NCBI GenBank assembly: GCA_963693365.1 | Contig: CAVNZM010000014.1 | Coordinates: forward strand, 6,014,001 to 6,078,000 | DNA from: Amoebidium appalachense | Taxonomy: Eukaryota; Protista; Ichthyosporea | Direction of reading: 5' to 3' | Length of the DNA: 64,000 nucleotides | Shown: piece after piece, positions 36,418 through 47,195 of the stretch | Numbering within the stretch: the first letter of the stretch is position 1 | Layout of the letters: every line of letters begins with the position of its first letter | The notes under the pieces: generated by a model | What the model was told of the DNA's origin: nothing | Databases searched by the model: none | Seen by the model: only the letters and a program-made list of their open reading frames with translations | Program-made: the position numbers and the translations under genes

Positions 36418-37283
36418 TTGTGCGTGCGTGCACACGTGTGTAACAGCTTTGCGTTTGTGTGTAAGTGTGTGTGTGTGTTTGTGTGCACAGGTGTGTGCGT
36501 GTGTGGTTGTGCGCGTGTCACAGTGTACGTGTGAGTGTGTGTTTGTGTGTGTGTGTGCGCGCGTGCGTGTTTGTGTGTTTGTGTGTATGGGTGTGTGCGT
36601 AAGTGTGAGCGTGTGTGTGTGCGTGTGCGCGCACGCGCGTGCGTCCCCACGCACGGTGTGTGTCACCGCGCACGTGGTTTGCAAAGGGGAGAGAGGGGAG
36701 GGGGGGAGGGAGCTGGGGAGAGGGGGGAAGCAATATACCAGGTTTACAAAATGAGACCCGTCTACCCGTGCAATCGCCCTTAAAATATCCGCACAATTGT
36801 GTCTGCCTCGATCGGGATTGATCACATAGATTATTGATCGCAGCCAACCACGATCAAGGCACAGTTGTGCGGGGATGAGCTTTGATTGGATTATGCTGAC
36901 CACATGCGACTTCAAGTTGATGCAAGCAGCATAAAAGAACGATTAGTTTCTGGGGGGTAGACACCTTAATTCACATCGCAAGCCCCTCTCTACTCTTACA
37001 CTAAGGGCATAAGTAGGGTGGGTACCCCTTCTCTACTTTTATATCAAGCTTCCGTCAGGATATAAGATGAAAATTCCAATCCTAAATACAGAAAGTGGTA
37101 AATTGTCAAAAATCCGGAAAATCGTCAATTTTGGAAATTTAGCAGATGAGAAATTTGAATTTAGGGGAGCAATCAAAATCTTAAATTGTAATTAAACATA
37201 TTTATTTCTATTTAGTAAGGAATTTAGTACTATATTAATAACACATCTGGAGTTTAATTACTCAAGAATAGGAAAGAGAAAAG

Positions 37284-37802
37284 ATGTACAACATCATTCA
37301 TGGAGTAACAAATATAGCATTAGCATTAGTAGGTATAGTAGTTTTAATAGTAATGTTTAGCAAGAAAGGACAAAGTAGAAGTAGAAGTAATTGGGTTTAT
37401 CAAATTACAATAAGGATAAAAGAAGTAGGTCTAATCGCGTGATTAGAAAGGGATAAAGGAGAAAGAGTAATAGGATTAACAGGAGAATATGGACAGTTAA
37501 TCGTGGAGGATAGATTAGTAGCTACATTAAACTTGGTAGCTATATTAATCTTGATGGATAGAGAGAAAGAGAAAAAGGGAATGGAACGAGTAGAGTTAAT
37601 TACTTTAGCCCTTCTAGGAATTATTATCTTAGTTTGCGCTCAAGATTTCTTAACTGTTTACTTAGCAATGAATACTCAACATTTAGCTTATCTGTGAGCT
37701 GAGACAGCTTCCATAGGTAGGCTGGATAAATTATCATTATTAAACGTCGAGTTTCTATTAAATTGAGGATTTACTATTATCGTGATAATTGTGTTATTGT
37801 AA
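37284..37802 (+). pseudogene. nad2: Mitochondrial-type nad2-like N-terminal fragment (UGA=Trp code)
   Basis: ATG 37284 to TAA 37802 is open only if TGA at 37440, 37695 and 37764 is read as Trp. Strong A/T-ending codon bias. ELITLALLGIIILVCAQDFLTVYLAMNTQHL resembles the Nad2/NuoN ExxxLxLxxxxGxxxLxsxxDxxxxYLAxELQSL segment. Similarity is lost after about 37695. Confidence 0.6.
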
Positions 37803-38864
37803 TTTTATTCTTATTCTTAGCTCTCCGAATTGAGAGCTACTCTTTACTAACTCGTTTAGTAAGAGATGTTACAGGTAATCGAAAGAATACCAGTACCATA
37901 GTACTATAGCTGAAATAGTACGAAACTTCCTCTGATAAAACAGGGGAGACATTCATTCATCTAATGTATATAAAAAAGGGAATAACTGAAAGTTAATAGT
38001 TCTAGCCGTTATAAAAGATACTAACTAGTATGTTTTTTAACTTTATAGAAAGAATATTTAAGAACTTTATAAAAGGAAGATGATAGAGATTTCTTGGTAA
38101 CCTAGTCGACTCAGATCACTCAGGTTACAGGGACGCTGATTGCAACGGGGGGATCAGTGCTTTATCGGAACTTGCGTATATAGGGGTATGCATGCCTTGT
38201 TTAACTGATTGAATTTAATTGGTTAATTCTATAAAGGGAGGATCTATTTTTCTATAGTGTTAGTACTATCTACCGAAGGTTATTTCCTTTAGATGAGCCC
38301 ATGAAAAATCTACGTCCCCCCTCCCTTTGCTTCAGCGATCCGGGACCCATAATTTTCAGGTTTTTTCAAGTTTTCTCTACCTAAAACTAATAGAAATTTG
38401 AAAAGATTTTGAAAATGGGTTGGTTGGTGATGACTAGAGCAACTGGATGAAGACAAGTTGAGAAAGCATTTGAGCACCTTTTCTTAGATTGAGTGGTAAA
38501 AGATAAATGGGGGGAAGCATTAGAGTACTTCTTCTTGAATAGGTCATAAGAGGGATTGCGGCAGTAGAGAGATGAAGAATGCTAACAGTAGATAGGGAGA
38601 AAGAGTGAAAGCAGCAGAGAGATAAAGAATTACAGAAGAGTAGTTTATTGATGAAGAATAACGGAGTAACAGAGGAGTAACAGAGGAGTAATTTATTGAT
38701 GAGGAACAAAGGAGGAGTAATGGTTTTATTTGTGGAAATTATTGACATAAATATTTTTCTGGGTAAACACGTAGGATGGGTGTCCGATATCAACAGACTT
38801 CGTTTCATGTTTTAGCAGTTCGCGTTCGGCTGCCTGCATACGGGCACCTATTAGCCGATCAAAA

Positions 38865-38975
38865 CATCAGATTCCACAGATCACTAGACCGAGTTTGATT
38901 GGCTCAGGATCAGATTTCACATAACACTAGATCGATTTTGATTGGCTCAGATCGGTAGCCTTAGGTATATAAGCA
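38865..38975 (+). promoter_or_regulatory. Probable Pol II promoter within repeat A (duplicated ATTGG/CCAAT module plus TATATAA)
   Basis: Two ~42-bp copies ending TTTGATTGGCTCAG followed by GGTATATAAGC, about 120 bp upstream of the gag ATG; repeated in A2. Confidence 0.55.
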
Positions 38976-39088
38976 CGACAGTTTTTAGCAGATCAGCAAG
39001 CAACAAACACATCTTCTGTGTTTAGCACCTACAGCTTTACAGCTATATTTTTCTTTTCTTCTCCCTATCTTTCCCTACGCCGGTCAGC

Positions 39089-40252
39089 ATGCCGCCGAAA
39101 AAGCGCCAGGCCTCAGCCGCCGCCCCTGCCGCGGCACCTAAGCGCCTGACCCGCAGCGACCTCCGCCACAGGCTGACCAACGCCCCCGCGGGCACTGACG
39201 CGCCTCCAGCGGTCCATACCACCACGGACCCTCCGGCTACTCTCCCCTCTACTCCTGAAGTCCCTCCTCAGGCCCCACCGTCCCCGCCGATGACTTCTCA
39301 AGACGCCGTCCTTGCCGCCCTCACCGCCATCAGCACCCAGATGGCTGGCGTCCTGGCCGATCTCACCAACCGCGACCCTCCCGCGCCCCCCGCCGCGCCC
39401 TCCGCACCCGGGGAGATTTCCCTGGGGCTGCATCTCGGCCCTGACCTGGATCTACCTGCCCTGCCCGTGCCCCCCATTACAGGTGAGAACACTGGCGACA
39501 TTCAGCCGGGCACACTCCCGCTTCCCCCCGCGGATGTGCTGGCAGATTTGCGCGCCAATCGTTTCGTCGACCTGTATAAGTTCACCCCCGCCGCCCTCCT
39601 GGCCCCATCCAAGAAAGGTCAGCATCTGCGCATGGCCGACGACGGCAGCATCGAGACTTTTCGCCAAGACAAACCTGTTCCCCTGCGTTCACTCGTCATT
39701 TGGATCCAAGCTTGGACCCATTACATGGCCGCCAAGCACCACCTCGGCCTCCCCACGGACAAAGAAGTACTTTGGACTCAGCACATCACTCGCCTCAGCA
39801 CCCGATACCCGTGGGCCCAGATCCACAACTATGACGTATACGCCCGAACCGTTGCCCACCAGCAGGGTCGGGCTCTGATCGAGTGTCCCAACCTGCTCGC
39901 CCAACTCCACCAGGATCTCCTCCTGCCACCCACTCTGCTCATACCGGACGCATGTCAGCGCTGCGGCTTCCCCGACCACCCCAGCGCGGCCTGCCCCATG
40001 TACCCCAAGCCCGGCTGTGGTCTTGATGGTTTCGAGCCGCCCCACAAGCCCGGCGGGGGACAAACCCCCAACCGACCCGGCCCGCAACCCGGCCCGGCAC
40101 CACCGACCCGACCCGTGGATCTACCCGGCGCGACACACTGCAGGAATTTCCACAACGGTCGGTCCTGCGCTAAGCAGCCCTGCCCCTTCTCCCACGTGTG
40201 CCCGCTCTGCTCTGGCACACACCCCCGCAAAGACTGTAAGCACAATGCCTAG
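39089..40252 (+). CDS. Gag-like ORF1 of the YR retrotransposon, 387 aa
   Basis: Intact ORF; FVDL, WIQAWTHY, W..YD..R helical core; zinc motifs CQRCGFPDHPSAAC and CRNFHNGRSCAKQPCPFSHVCPLCSGTHPRKDC typical of DIRS/Ngaro Gag. Confidence 0.88.
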   Translation: MPPKKRQASAAAPAAAPKRLTRSDLRHRLTNAPAGTDAPPAVHTTTDPPATLPSTPEVPPQAPPSPPMTSQDAVLAALTAISTQMAGVLADLTNRDPPAPPAAPSAPGEISLGLHLGPDLDLPALPVPPITGENTGDIQPGTLPLPPADVLADLRANRFVDLYKFTPAALLAPSKKGQHLRMADDGSIETFRQDKPVPLRSLVIWIQAWTHYMAAKHHLGLPTDKEVLWTQHITRLSTRYPWAQIHNYDVYARTVAHQQGRALIECPNLLAQLHQDLLLPPTLLIPDACQRCGFPDHPSAACPMYPKPGCGLDGFEPPHKPGGGQTPNRPGPQPGPAPPTRPVDLPGATHCRNFHNGRSCAKQPCPFSHVCPLCSGTHPRKDCKHNA

Positions 40253-40643
40253 TCTACGCGCACACCCACACCCACAGATAGAACATAGGGGCTAGGAGCT
40301 AGGTTACACGGGTCCAAGGACACGGAGCTCGGGAAAAACGGGGCACTAGGGCTGAGTAACAATTTTCGCAGGCCAACTACGGCGCCCGCGCGCGCCAAGA
40401 ATAAATGTCCCTACACAAAGACGTTATTCTGGCCACTGCACATAATTTTACTCCCCCCCCCCCCATCCCACGAGCCTCCCCCCCTTACACTCACCTAGCA
40501 CTCCCTCCCCCCCCCCCTTCTTCTAACTCTGTGTACGCCCACACCCGCGCGTGCTCGGGCATCCCCTGCACAGGGCCCCGCTGCCCTCCCTGCAAACCCT
40601 CCCTCGGGCCCAGCTGCCCTACTCTAAACCCACCGGGGCCCTG

Positions 40644-40674
<31 letters not shown>

Positions 40675-40910
40675 GATGCCGGGATCTCCCCGAGGGTGCC
40701 CCACCCTTGCTAACCACCCCCTTCCCCCGAGGCTCAGCCCCCGGAGGCCCGCCCGCTGCCCCAACACCACGTTGACACCTCCCGCCTCCGGGAGCTGCTG
40801 GCCCCCCTACCCAGCCCAATCATTCGCCGCGCAGCTCCTCCGTAACCAACTTCCCCGGACCCGACGACTCCGACCTTACCTATCTCCCCTTCCGGAGCAA
40901 CGCTGGCCGA

Positions 40911-41946
40911 TTGGCCCCCCACTTTGCTCCAGCCGAGCTGCTTCGTGCCACCACTACCCTGCAGGAATGCCAGGCCCTGAGTCTCAACCTCGACTCTCGG
41001 GCCTTTTACTCCCGGGTGCAAAAAAAAAAGTATTCATCGATTTTTGTGTGGCATCTCGGCTGCAATCCTCCGCCGGGTCCTCCCTCCCGGCCTCCCCCCA
41101 CACCGTGCAGCTTTTTCTCGCCTGGTGTGCCCAACGAGGGGTACAGGCCTCTTCCTTGGCCGGCTACAATTCGGCCATCACCAGACTCCACCTCGACATG
41201 GGCCTCCCTGCTCCCTACCCCCACGACAAGTCTCTGGCCTGGTTCCTCCGAGGGGTGGGCAGATGGCAGCTTTCTCTCAACATCCGACCCCGATCATCCA
41301 CCAGGGAGCCCCTCCTGCCCTCCCACCTCAGCATACTCCATGACCAGTGCCCCAACAAGGCCTCCTCGGCTAATCTACGGCTATGGACGGCCCTCATCGT
41401 CGGTTTCTGTGGTCTCCTCCGTTCGGGGGAATTTACCTCCAAAACCCTGACTTCCTTTGACCCGTCCCGTCACGTTAAACGGAAGGATGTGACCTTCAGC
41501 TACACCCCCACCGGTACTTTGTCCCATGCCACCCTCCACCTGCCAAGCTCCAAGACGGATGTACAGGCCCGAGGTGTCAACGTCACTCTAGCTGCCCTGC
41601 CCCTCACCCACTTCTCCCCAGCCCATCTCCTCCGGCAATTCCTGGATACAACGTCCGGTCAACCCGACGACCCCCTGTTCAGTCTCGGTGGCATTCCCTA
41701 CACCAAGGGTGCTTTCTCTGCCGACTTCCGTGCCCTCCTCTCCCGGGCAGGCCTCTCACCCTCCCGGTTTGCCGGCCACAGCCTCCGCATAGGGGGGCCA
41801 CAGCACTGGCTGAGGCCGGGGTCGACGACTCCCGGATCAAACAACTCGGCAGGTGGTCCTCCGACTGTTTCCTGATTTATACCCGCCTTCGTCCGGCCTC
41901 CATTGCTGCCACTACCACACGTGTATTCGCCTCTATTCTTAAGTGA
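40911..41946 (+). CDS. Tyrosine recombinase (phage-integrase fold)
   Basis: GLLRSGEF, SKTD, GHSLRIGG. With one extra G at about 41795 it continues ATALAEAGVDDSRIKQLGRWSSDCFLIYTR...ILK* (TGA 41944-41946), completing R-K-H-R-W-Y. A second shift lies in the A-run at about 41025. Both shifts are in homopolymers; the start is approximate. Confidence 0.9.
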
Positions 41947-43149
41947 AACCTTTGGAGCAAGCATACTGCTCTCGTGCCGTGGTTTACAACCATTGCAGGT
42001 TCACTTTCGTCCAAGGGGATGTTCCCCTAGAGGCAACACACGTCCCGGAGTAGTTTTCATAGAGGTTTTATTTGTGGAAATTATTGACATAAATATTTTT
42101 CTGGGTAAACACGTAGGATGGGTGTCCGATATCAACAGACTTCGTTTCATGTTTTAGCAGTTCGCGTTCGGCTGCCCGCATACGGGCACCTATTAGCCGA
42201 TCAAAACATCAGATTCCACAGATCACTAGACCGAGTTTGATTGGCTCAGGATCAGATTTCACATAACACTAGATCGATTTTGATTGGCTCAGATCGGTAG
42301 CCTTAGGTATATAAGCACGACAGTTTTTAGCAGATCAGCAAGCAACAAACACATCTTCTGTGTTTAGCACCTACAGCTTTACAGCTATATTTTTCTTTTT
42401 CACCCACCCACCTACACCCTACACTCAACCCCCATTGATCCCCACATACGTGCTGTTTTTTCACGGGGCGAAGACTTCCCCCGTTTTTTGGGCACAAGGA
42501 CCTCACGGATCAATAAATTGATGACTGGGGGCTTGCCGTGGTTTACAACCATTGCAGGTTCACTTTCGTCCAAGGGGATGTCCCCCTAGAGGCAACACAC
42601 GTCCCGGAGTAGTTTTCATAGAAGATCGAAGAATAATTAATGGATGAAGACTGATGGAGCACTAGTTGATTGAAGAAGGATTACCTAGTGAATTGAGGAA
42701 CAATAAACGGAGGATTAGGGCTCGATGAAAGATAGACGGAGGAGTAGAATTAATAGATCAATGAGGATTAACAGAGGAAAAGAACTAGTTGATAGAGGAT
42801 TGATGGCCATGAGATGTTATGAAGAATAAAGTGCTAGCATAGACAAAAGATTAGTTGCTAGAGGATTGATAGCCATGAGATGTTATAAATGATAAGGTGC
42901 TAGCATAGACAAAGGATTAGTTGTTAGAGGATTGATAGCCATGAGATGTTATTAATGAATAAGATACTAGCATAGACGAGGGATTATAAGATAGATAGCA
43001 ATGAGATGTTATACCGTATGTGATCACAATTGTTTCATGCACTCCTGCTATTTCTACACTTCTGCTATTCCTACACTCCTGTTATTCCTACACTCATGCA
43101 AAACCTTCTTCTATTCTAAGGATGTAATAGGGAGGGGTAGCAAAATGCG

Positions 43150-44460
43150 TCGGGGGGGGGAGCCAGGTATTATTTGTGTCTTTCATATAAATTTAATTTT
43201 AATTTATTTTCTTCTCTTAACCAGCATTAGTGAGGAATTTCAGTACTTAGTCCGTGCTAGATGGTAGGAGACTCTTCTGGCTAGAATTGTTCCGGGGGGA
43301 GCTAGGTATTATAGGTAAACCCTTTCTTCATAGAGAACAATTTCAGCCATTTACAAAATACAAAACTTGTTACATGCACCTTATTTTCTAGAAAAATTTA
43401 GTGTCTTTCATAGTCATTTTCTTAGAATTTTTCAATTTTATTAGTGAGGAATTTCAACACTAAGCACTAACTAAATGGTCGGAGACTCTCCTGGCTATAT
43501 TTATTCCGGGGGGAGCTAGGTATTATAGGTAAACTCTTTTTTTATAGTGAGGATTTTCAGCCATTTACGATTAATAAAATCTAATAAAATTTACAAAATT
43601 CTATTTGTGACAAGCACCTTATTTTCAAGTAAATTTTAGTGTCTTTCATAGCCATTTTATTTCTTTCTTAACTTCCATTAGTGAGGAATTTCAATACTAA
43701 GCTTTAACTAAATGGTAGGATACTTTTCTGGTCAGCTAGCTTCCGGGGGAAGTTAGGTATTCAAGGCGCACCTTTCATGATAGTGAGTATTTTTAAGCTA
43801 TTTAGGAGAGACAAAGTTTGTTACATGCACCTTATTTTCAAGAAAAATTTAGTGGTTTTCATAGCCATTTTATTTACCTTGGTATCTTTAATTAGTGAGT
43901 AATTTCAATACTAAGCTCGTCCTAAACGGTAGGAGACTCTCCTGGCTAGAACTGTTCCGGGGGGAGCTAGGTATTCGAGGTAAATCTTAAAAATTTTATG
44001 TGCTTTTTAAGCCATCGATGAAATTACAAAAGTTGTTACATTAGCCTCTCTTGAGCGCTAAAATTAGTGTCTTTCATAGCAACTTTCTTTCATTTTTAAT
44101 CTCCATTAGTGAGGAATTTCAATACTAAGCTCTAATTAAATGGTAGTATACTCTCCGAGTTAGTTAGCTTCCAGGGGTATTAGGTATTTGAGGCGCACCT
44201 TTTCATGATAGTGATCATTTTTAAGCTATTTACGAAATACAAAAGTTGTTACATGCACCTCCTTTTTTGAAAAAATGAGTGTTTTTTATATAAATTTTAT
44301 TCCCCCCTTAGTATCTTTAGTTAGTGAGTAATTTTAATAGTAAGCCCGTGCTAGATGGTAGGATACTTTTCGGGGTTGGCAGCTTTCGGGGGGAGCTAGG
44401 TATTATAGGTAAACCCCTTTTCATAGCGAGGATTTTCAGCCATTTCCAAAAATAAAATTT
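43150..44460. repeat. Six diverged tandem copies of a ~214-bp unit
   Basis: Anchor (A/G)TTAGTGAG at 43226, 43440, 43677, 43891, 44105, 44320 (spacing 214, 237, 214, 214, 215). Confidence 0.9.
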
Positions 44461-45479
44461 AATACATTCACCCAAGAACCTTACTCCTAGATTCATGCTA
44501 TGTACTTCTGCACTCGAGAGCACCACTGATGTCTACACGATTCCAATTGATTCATGTACCTAAGAACACCACTGATGCATGCACCCAAGAACACTACTGA
44601 TTCCTGCACGATCCAAAATTAATTCTTACACTCATGTAATTCCATACACCCTGAGCACCATTGATTCTTGAACTCCTGTCATGTATAAGCACCTTTGATT
44701 TATGCACTCCTATTATTCATACGTTCATACTATGTATTTGCATGCGCATCAATGCTAGGTACCCAAGTTATACCATACATCCTGAGCCCCTTTGATTCAT
44801 GCATTCCTATTATTCATGTATTCATACTACGTACTTGCATGCGCGTCAATGCTAGGTACTCAGGTTATACCATGCATCCCAAGCCCCATTGATTCTTGCA
44901 CTCCTGTTATTTATACACTAAAGCATAACAACCCAGGCATGACGACCTAGGCAAGACGTTCCCATCAAGGCATGGGAACTAACCCAAGGGGTTTACATCC
45001 AGGTATTATAACTAACTCAATACGTTCGCACCAACGATTAACCCAATACGTTCGCACCAACGACCCATCCAATACATTCTATCAAGAGAGAGCTCACCAT
45101 AAGACATCTGCGAGTTGTGAGTCCTAAATGAGGGGCGGCTCTTTAGAGACTCTCATGACGAGTTATAAGTTCATGACAAGTTTATAATCCGGGGATTACT
45201 AAAGCATAAGAAAGTGTCTTAGCGATAAGGCTCTTTTGAGACTCTCACAACGAGCTTGGGAACCTCAGATTCCAAATCCACCTTGTATGAATATGCAGAT
45301 GGATGAAAATAAGAGACAGATCATTTGGTATGGAAATGGGTGAAGATAAGAGGTAGGTCACCAAGTATGCAGATAGGTGAAGAGAAGTTGAAAAGCAGAT
45401 CACTTAGTATGGAGAGGAGTAAAGAGGAAGGTCACCAGGGATGCAGATAGGTGAAGAGAAGAGACAGGATACAAAGAAT

Positions 45480-45790
45480 AACAGCAGTAATAAAAAACAC
45501 AGAATAACAGCAGTAATAACAAACCTAGATAGTACTCTAGTAAAGATACAAAGAATAACAGCAGTAATAACAAACCTAGATGGTACTAAAGTAATAGGAG
45601 TAATAATAAACCTAGATGGTATTAAAGTAATAGGAGTAATAACAAACATAAATGGTACTAAAGTAATAACAAACCTAGATAGTACTAAAGATACAAAGTA
45701 TAATAAACCTAGATAGTACTAAGGTAGTAGCAGTAATAACAAACGTAAATGGTATTAAAGTAATAGGAGTAAAGATACAAAGAATAACAG
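45480..45790. repeat. Short degenerate tandem repeats (GTAATAACAAACCTAGATAGTACTAAA core)
   Basis: Directly visible; they generate the spurious VITNLD repeat ORFs. Confidence 0.85.
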
Positions 45791-46304
45791 CCAACTCGTT
45801 GCGAGTACTAGACGAGCTTGTCGTCGTATAATGCCAATAGCATAAGACTCTTCTCATAGCAAGAAAGCTCTACTGAGACCAAACGCAAGAAGTTCGATTC
45901 AAGAGATAACTCATCATAAAACATCTGCGAGTTACGAATAGTAAACGAGTTGCAAGTTCTAGACGAGTTTGGGCTCCTCAGAGTCCAAGAGCATAAGTTT
46001 CTTAACGATAAGGCTCAAATGACACTCTTGCTTTTTAAACCTTCTTTATCTCCTAGATGATACGCTAATTTTACAGACTCCGACTTAAACAGGTATACAA
46101 TACCAAGTGAGCTTAACCAAATTGTCTTGCGCACAGATATATAATCCAAAGCGAGCTTGTCGTCGTATGATGATAAGAGCATAAGACTCTTCTCTTAGCG
46201 AGAAGGCTCTTTAGAGACTCTCATGACGAGTTTATAATTCGGGGATTACTAAAGCATAAGAAAGTGTCTTAGCGATAAGGCTCTTTAGAGACTCTCACAA
46301 CAAG

Positions 46305-46615
46305 CTTAGAAAAGATCATGCGCACTTAGGAGAGATCATGCGCACTTAAGAAAGATCTTATGTCCTAGAAGAGATTCTGCACACTTAGGAAGGGTACAAC
46401 TTTCGTAGGAAGGGTCCTAACTCGCTTAGGAAAGATCCTGCGCATTTAAAAAAGATTCTGCACACTTAGGAGAGATCCCGTACACTTAGGAAAGATCTTA
46501 CGCCCTAGAAGAGATTCTACGCACTTAGGAGAGATCCTGCGCACTTAGGAAAGATTCTGGATCCTTGGTAAAGATCCAGCACACTTAAGAAAGATTCTGG
46601 ACCCTTGGTAAAGAT
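46305..46615. repeat. 20-bp tandem array (consensus AAGATCCTGCGCACTTAGGA), about 15 copies
   Basis: Contiguous units with point variants, no spacers. Confidence 0.9.
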
Positions 46616-46929
46616 ATCAATTTGTCTTGTGCACAGAAATATCCTCTCAATCTAAATGATAAGGCTAAAGCAACACTAATGAAAGCTGTAGCATTAACCA
46701 TAAAGACTACGTTCCATTAAGTTCCAAACTACTATATATGCAATTAATAAAAAGATAGACGAAGTATGTACTTGTTCTCCAAAATTATCCCCTCATTAAT
46801 GCATAACAGTCTCGTATAAGATTTCAACTACTGATTATAACCTAGTTGGTACGATGTACCTTGTATCAATGCTTAATTTATATGTTATTACTCATTTATC
46901 ACATTCTAATCCCACGATTAGACCTGCTC

Positions 46930-47195
46930 CTATTTCAATAAGAGGTACCAGCTAAACGATACCTATTTCAATGAGCACAAAGGAACCAGCTAAACGATAC
47001 CTATTTCAATGAGCACTAAGGTACCAGCTAAACGATACTTCTTTCAATAAGCACTAAGGAACCAGCTAAACGATACCTCTTTCAATAAGCACCAAGATAT
47101 CTATTTCAATAAGAACAAAGGGTACCAGCTAAACGATACCTCTTTCAATAAGAACCAAGGTACCAGCTAAACGATACCTCTTTCAATACGAACAA
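46930..47195. repeat. ~38-bp tandem array (GGTACCAGCTAAACGATACCTATTTCAATGAGCACTAA), about 6 copies
   Basis: Contiguous units, no unique spacers. Confidence 0.9.

Larger units (their letters stand above)
38722..42622 (+). mobile_element. Tyrosine-recombinase retrotransposon with split direct repeats (Ngaro/PAT type), RT/RNase H deleted, 3901 bp
   Basis: A1 38722-39057, B1 41975-42063, A2 42064-42399, B2 42534-42622. A copies (336 bp) and B copies (89 bp) each differ at one position that I could see. No TSD; GC-rich ORFs inside an AT-rich host. Confidence 0.93.

Noticed and set aside
41020-41800. Programmed frameshifts in the YR gene
   Set aside because: Both breaks fall in homopolymers (A-run, G-run) in an assembly with many such errors.
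40676-41946. Stand-alone Crypton or phage integrase
   Set aside because: The upstream Gag, the RT stub and the split direct repeats identify a DIRS-order retroelement.
45404-45857. ORFs with VITNLD/ITPITL repeats
   Set aside because: By-products of short tandem DNA repeats.
46305-47195. 20-bp and 38-bp repeat arrays as CRISPR
   Set aside because: Units are contiguous with no unique spacers, there are no cas genes, and the context is eukaryotic.
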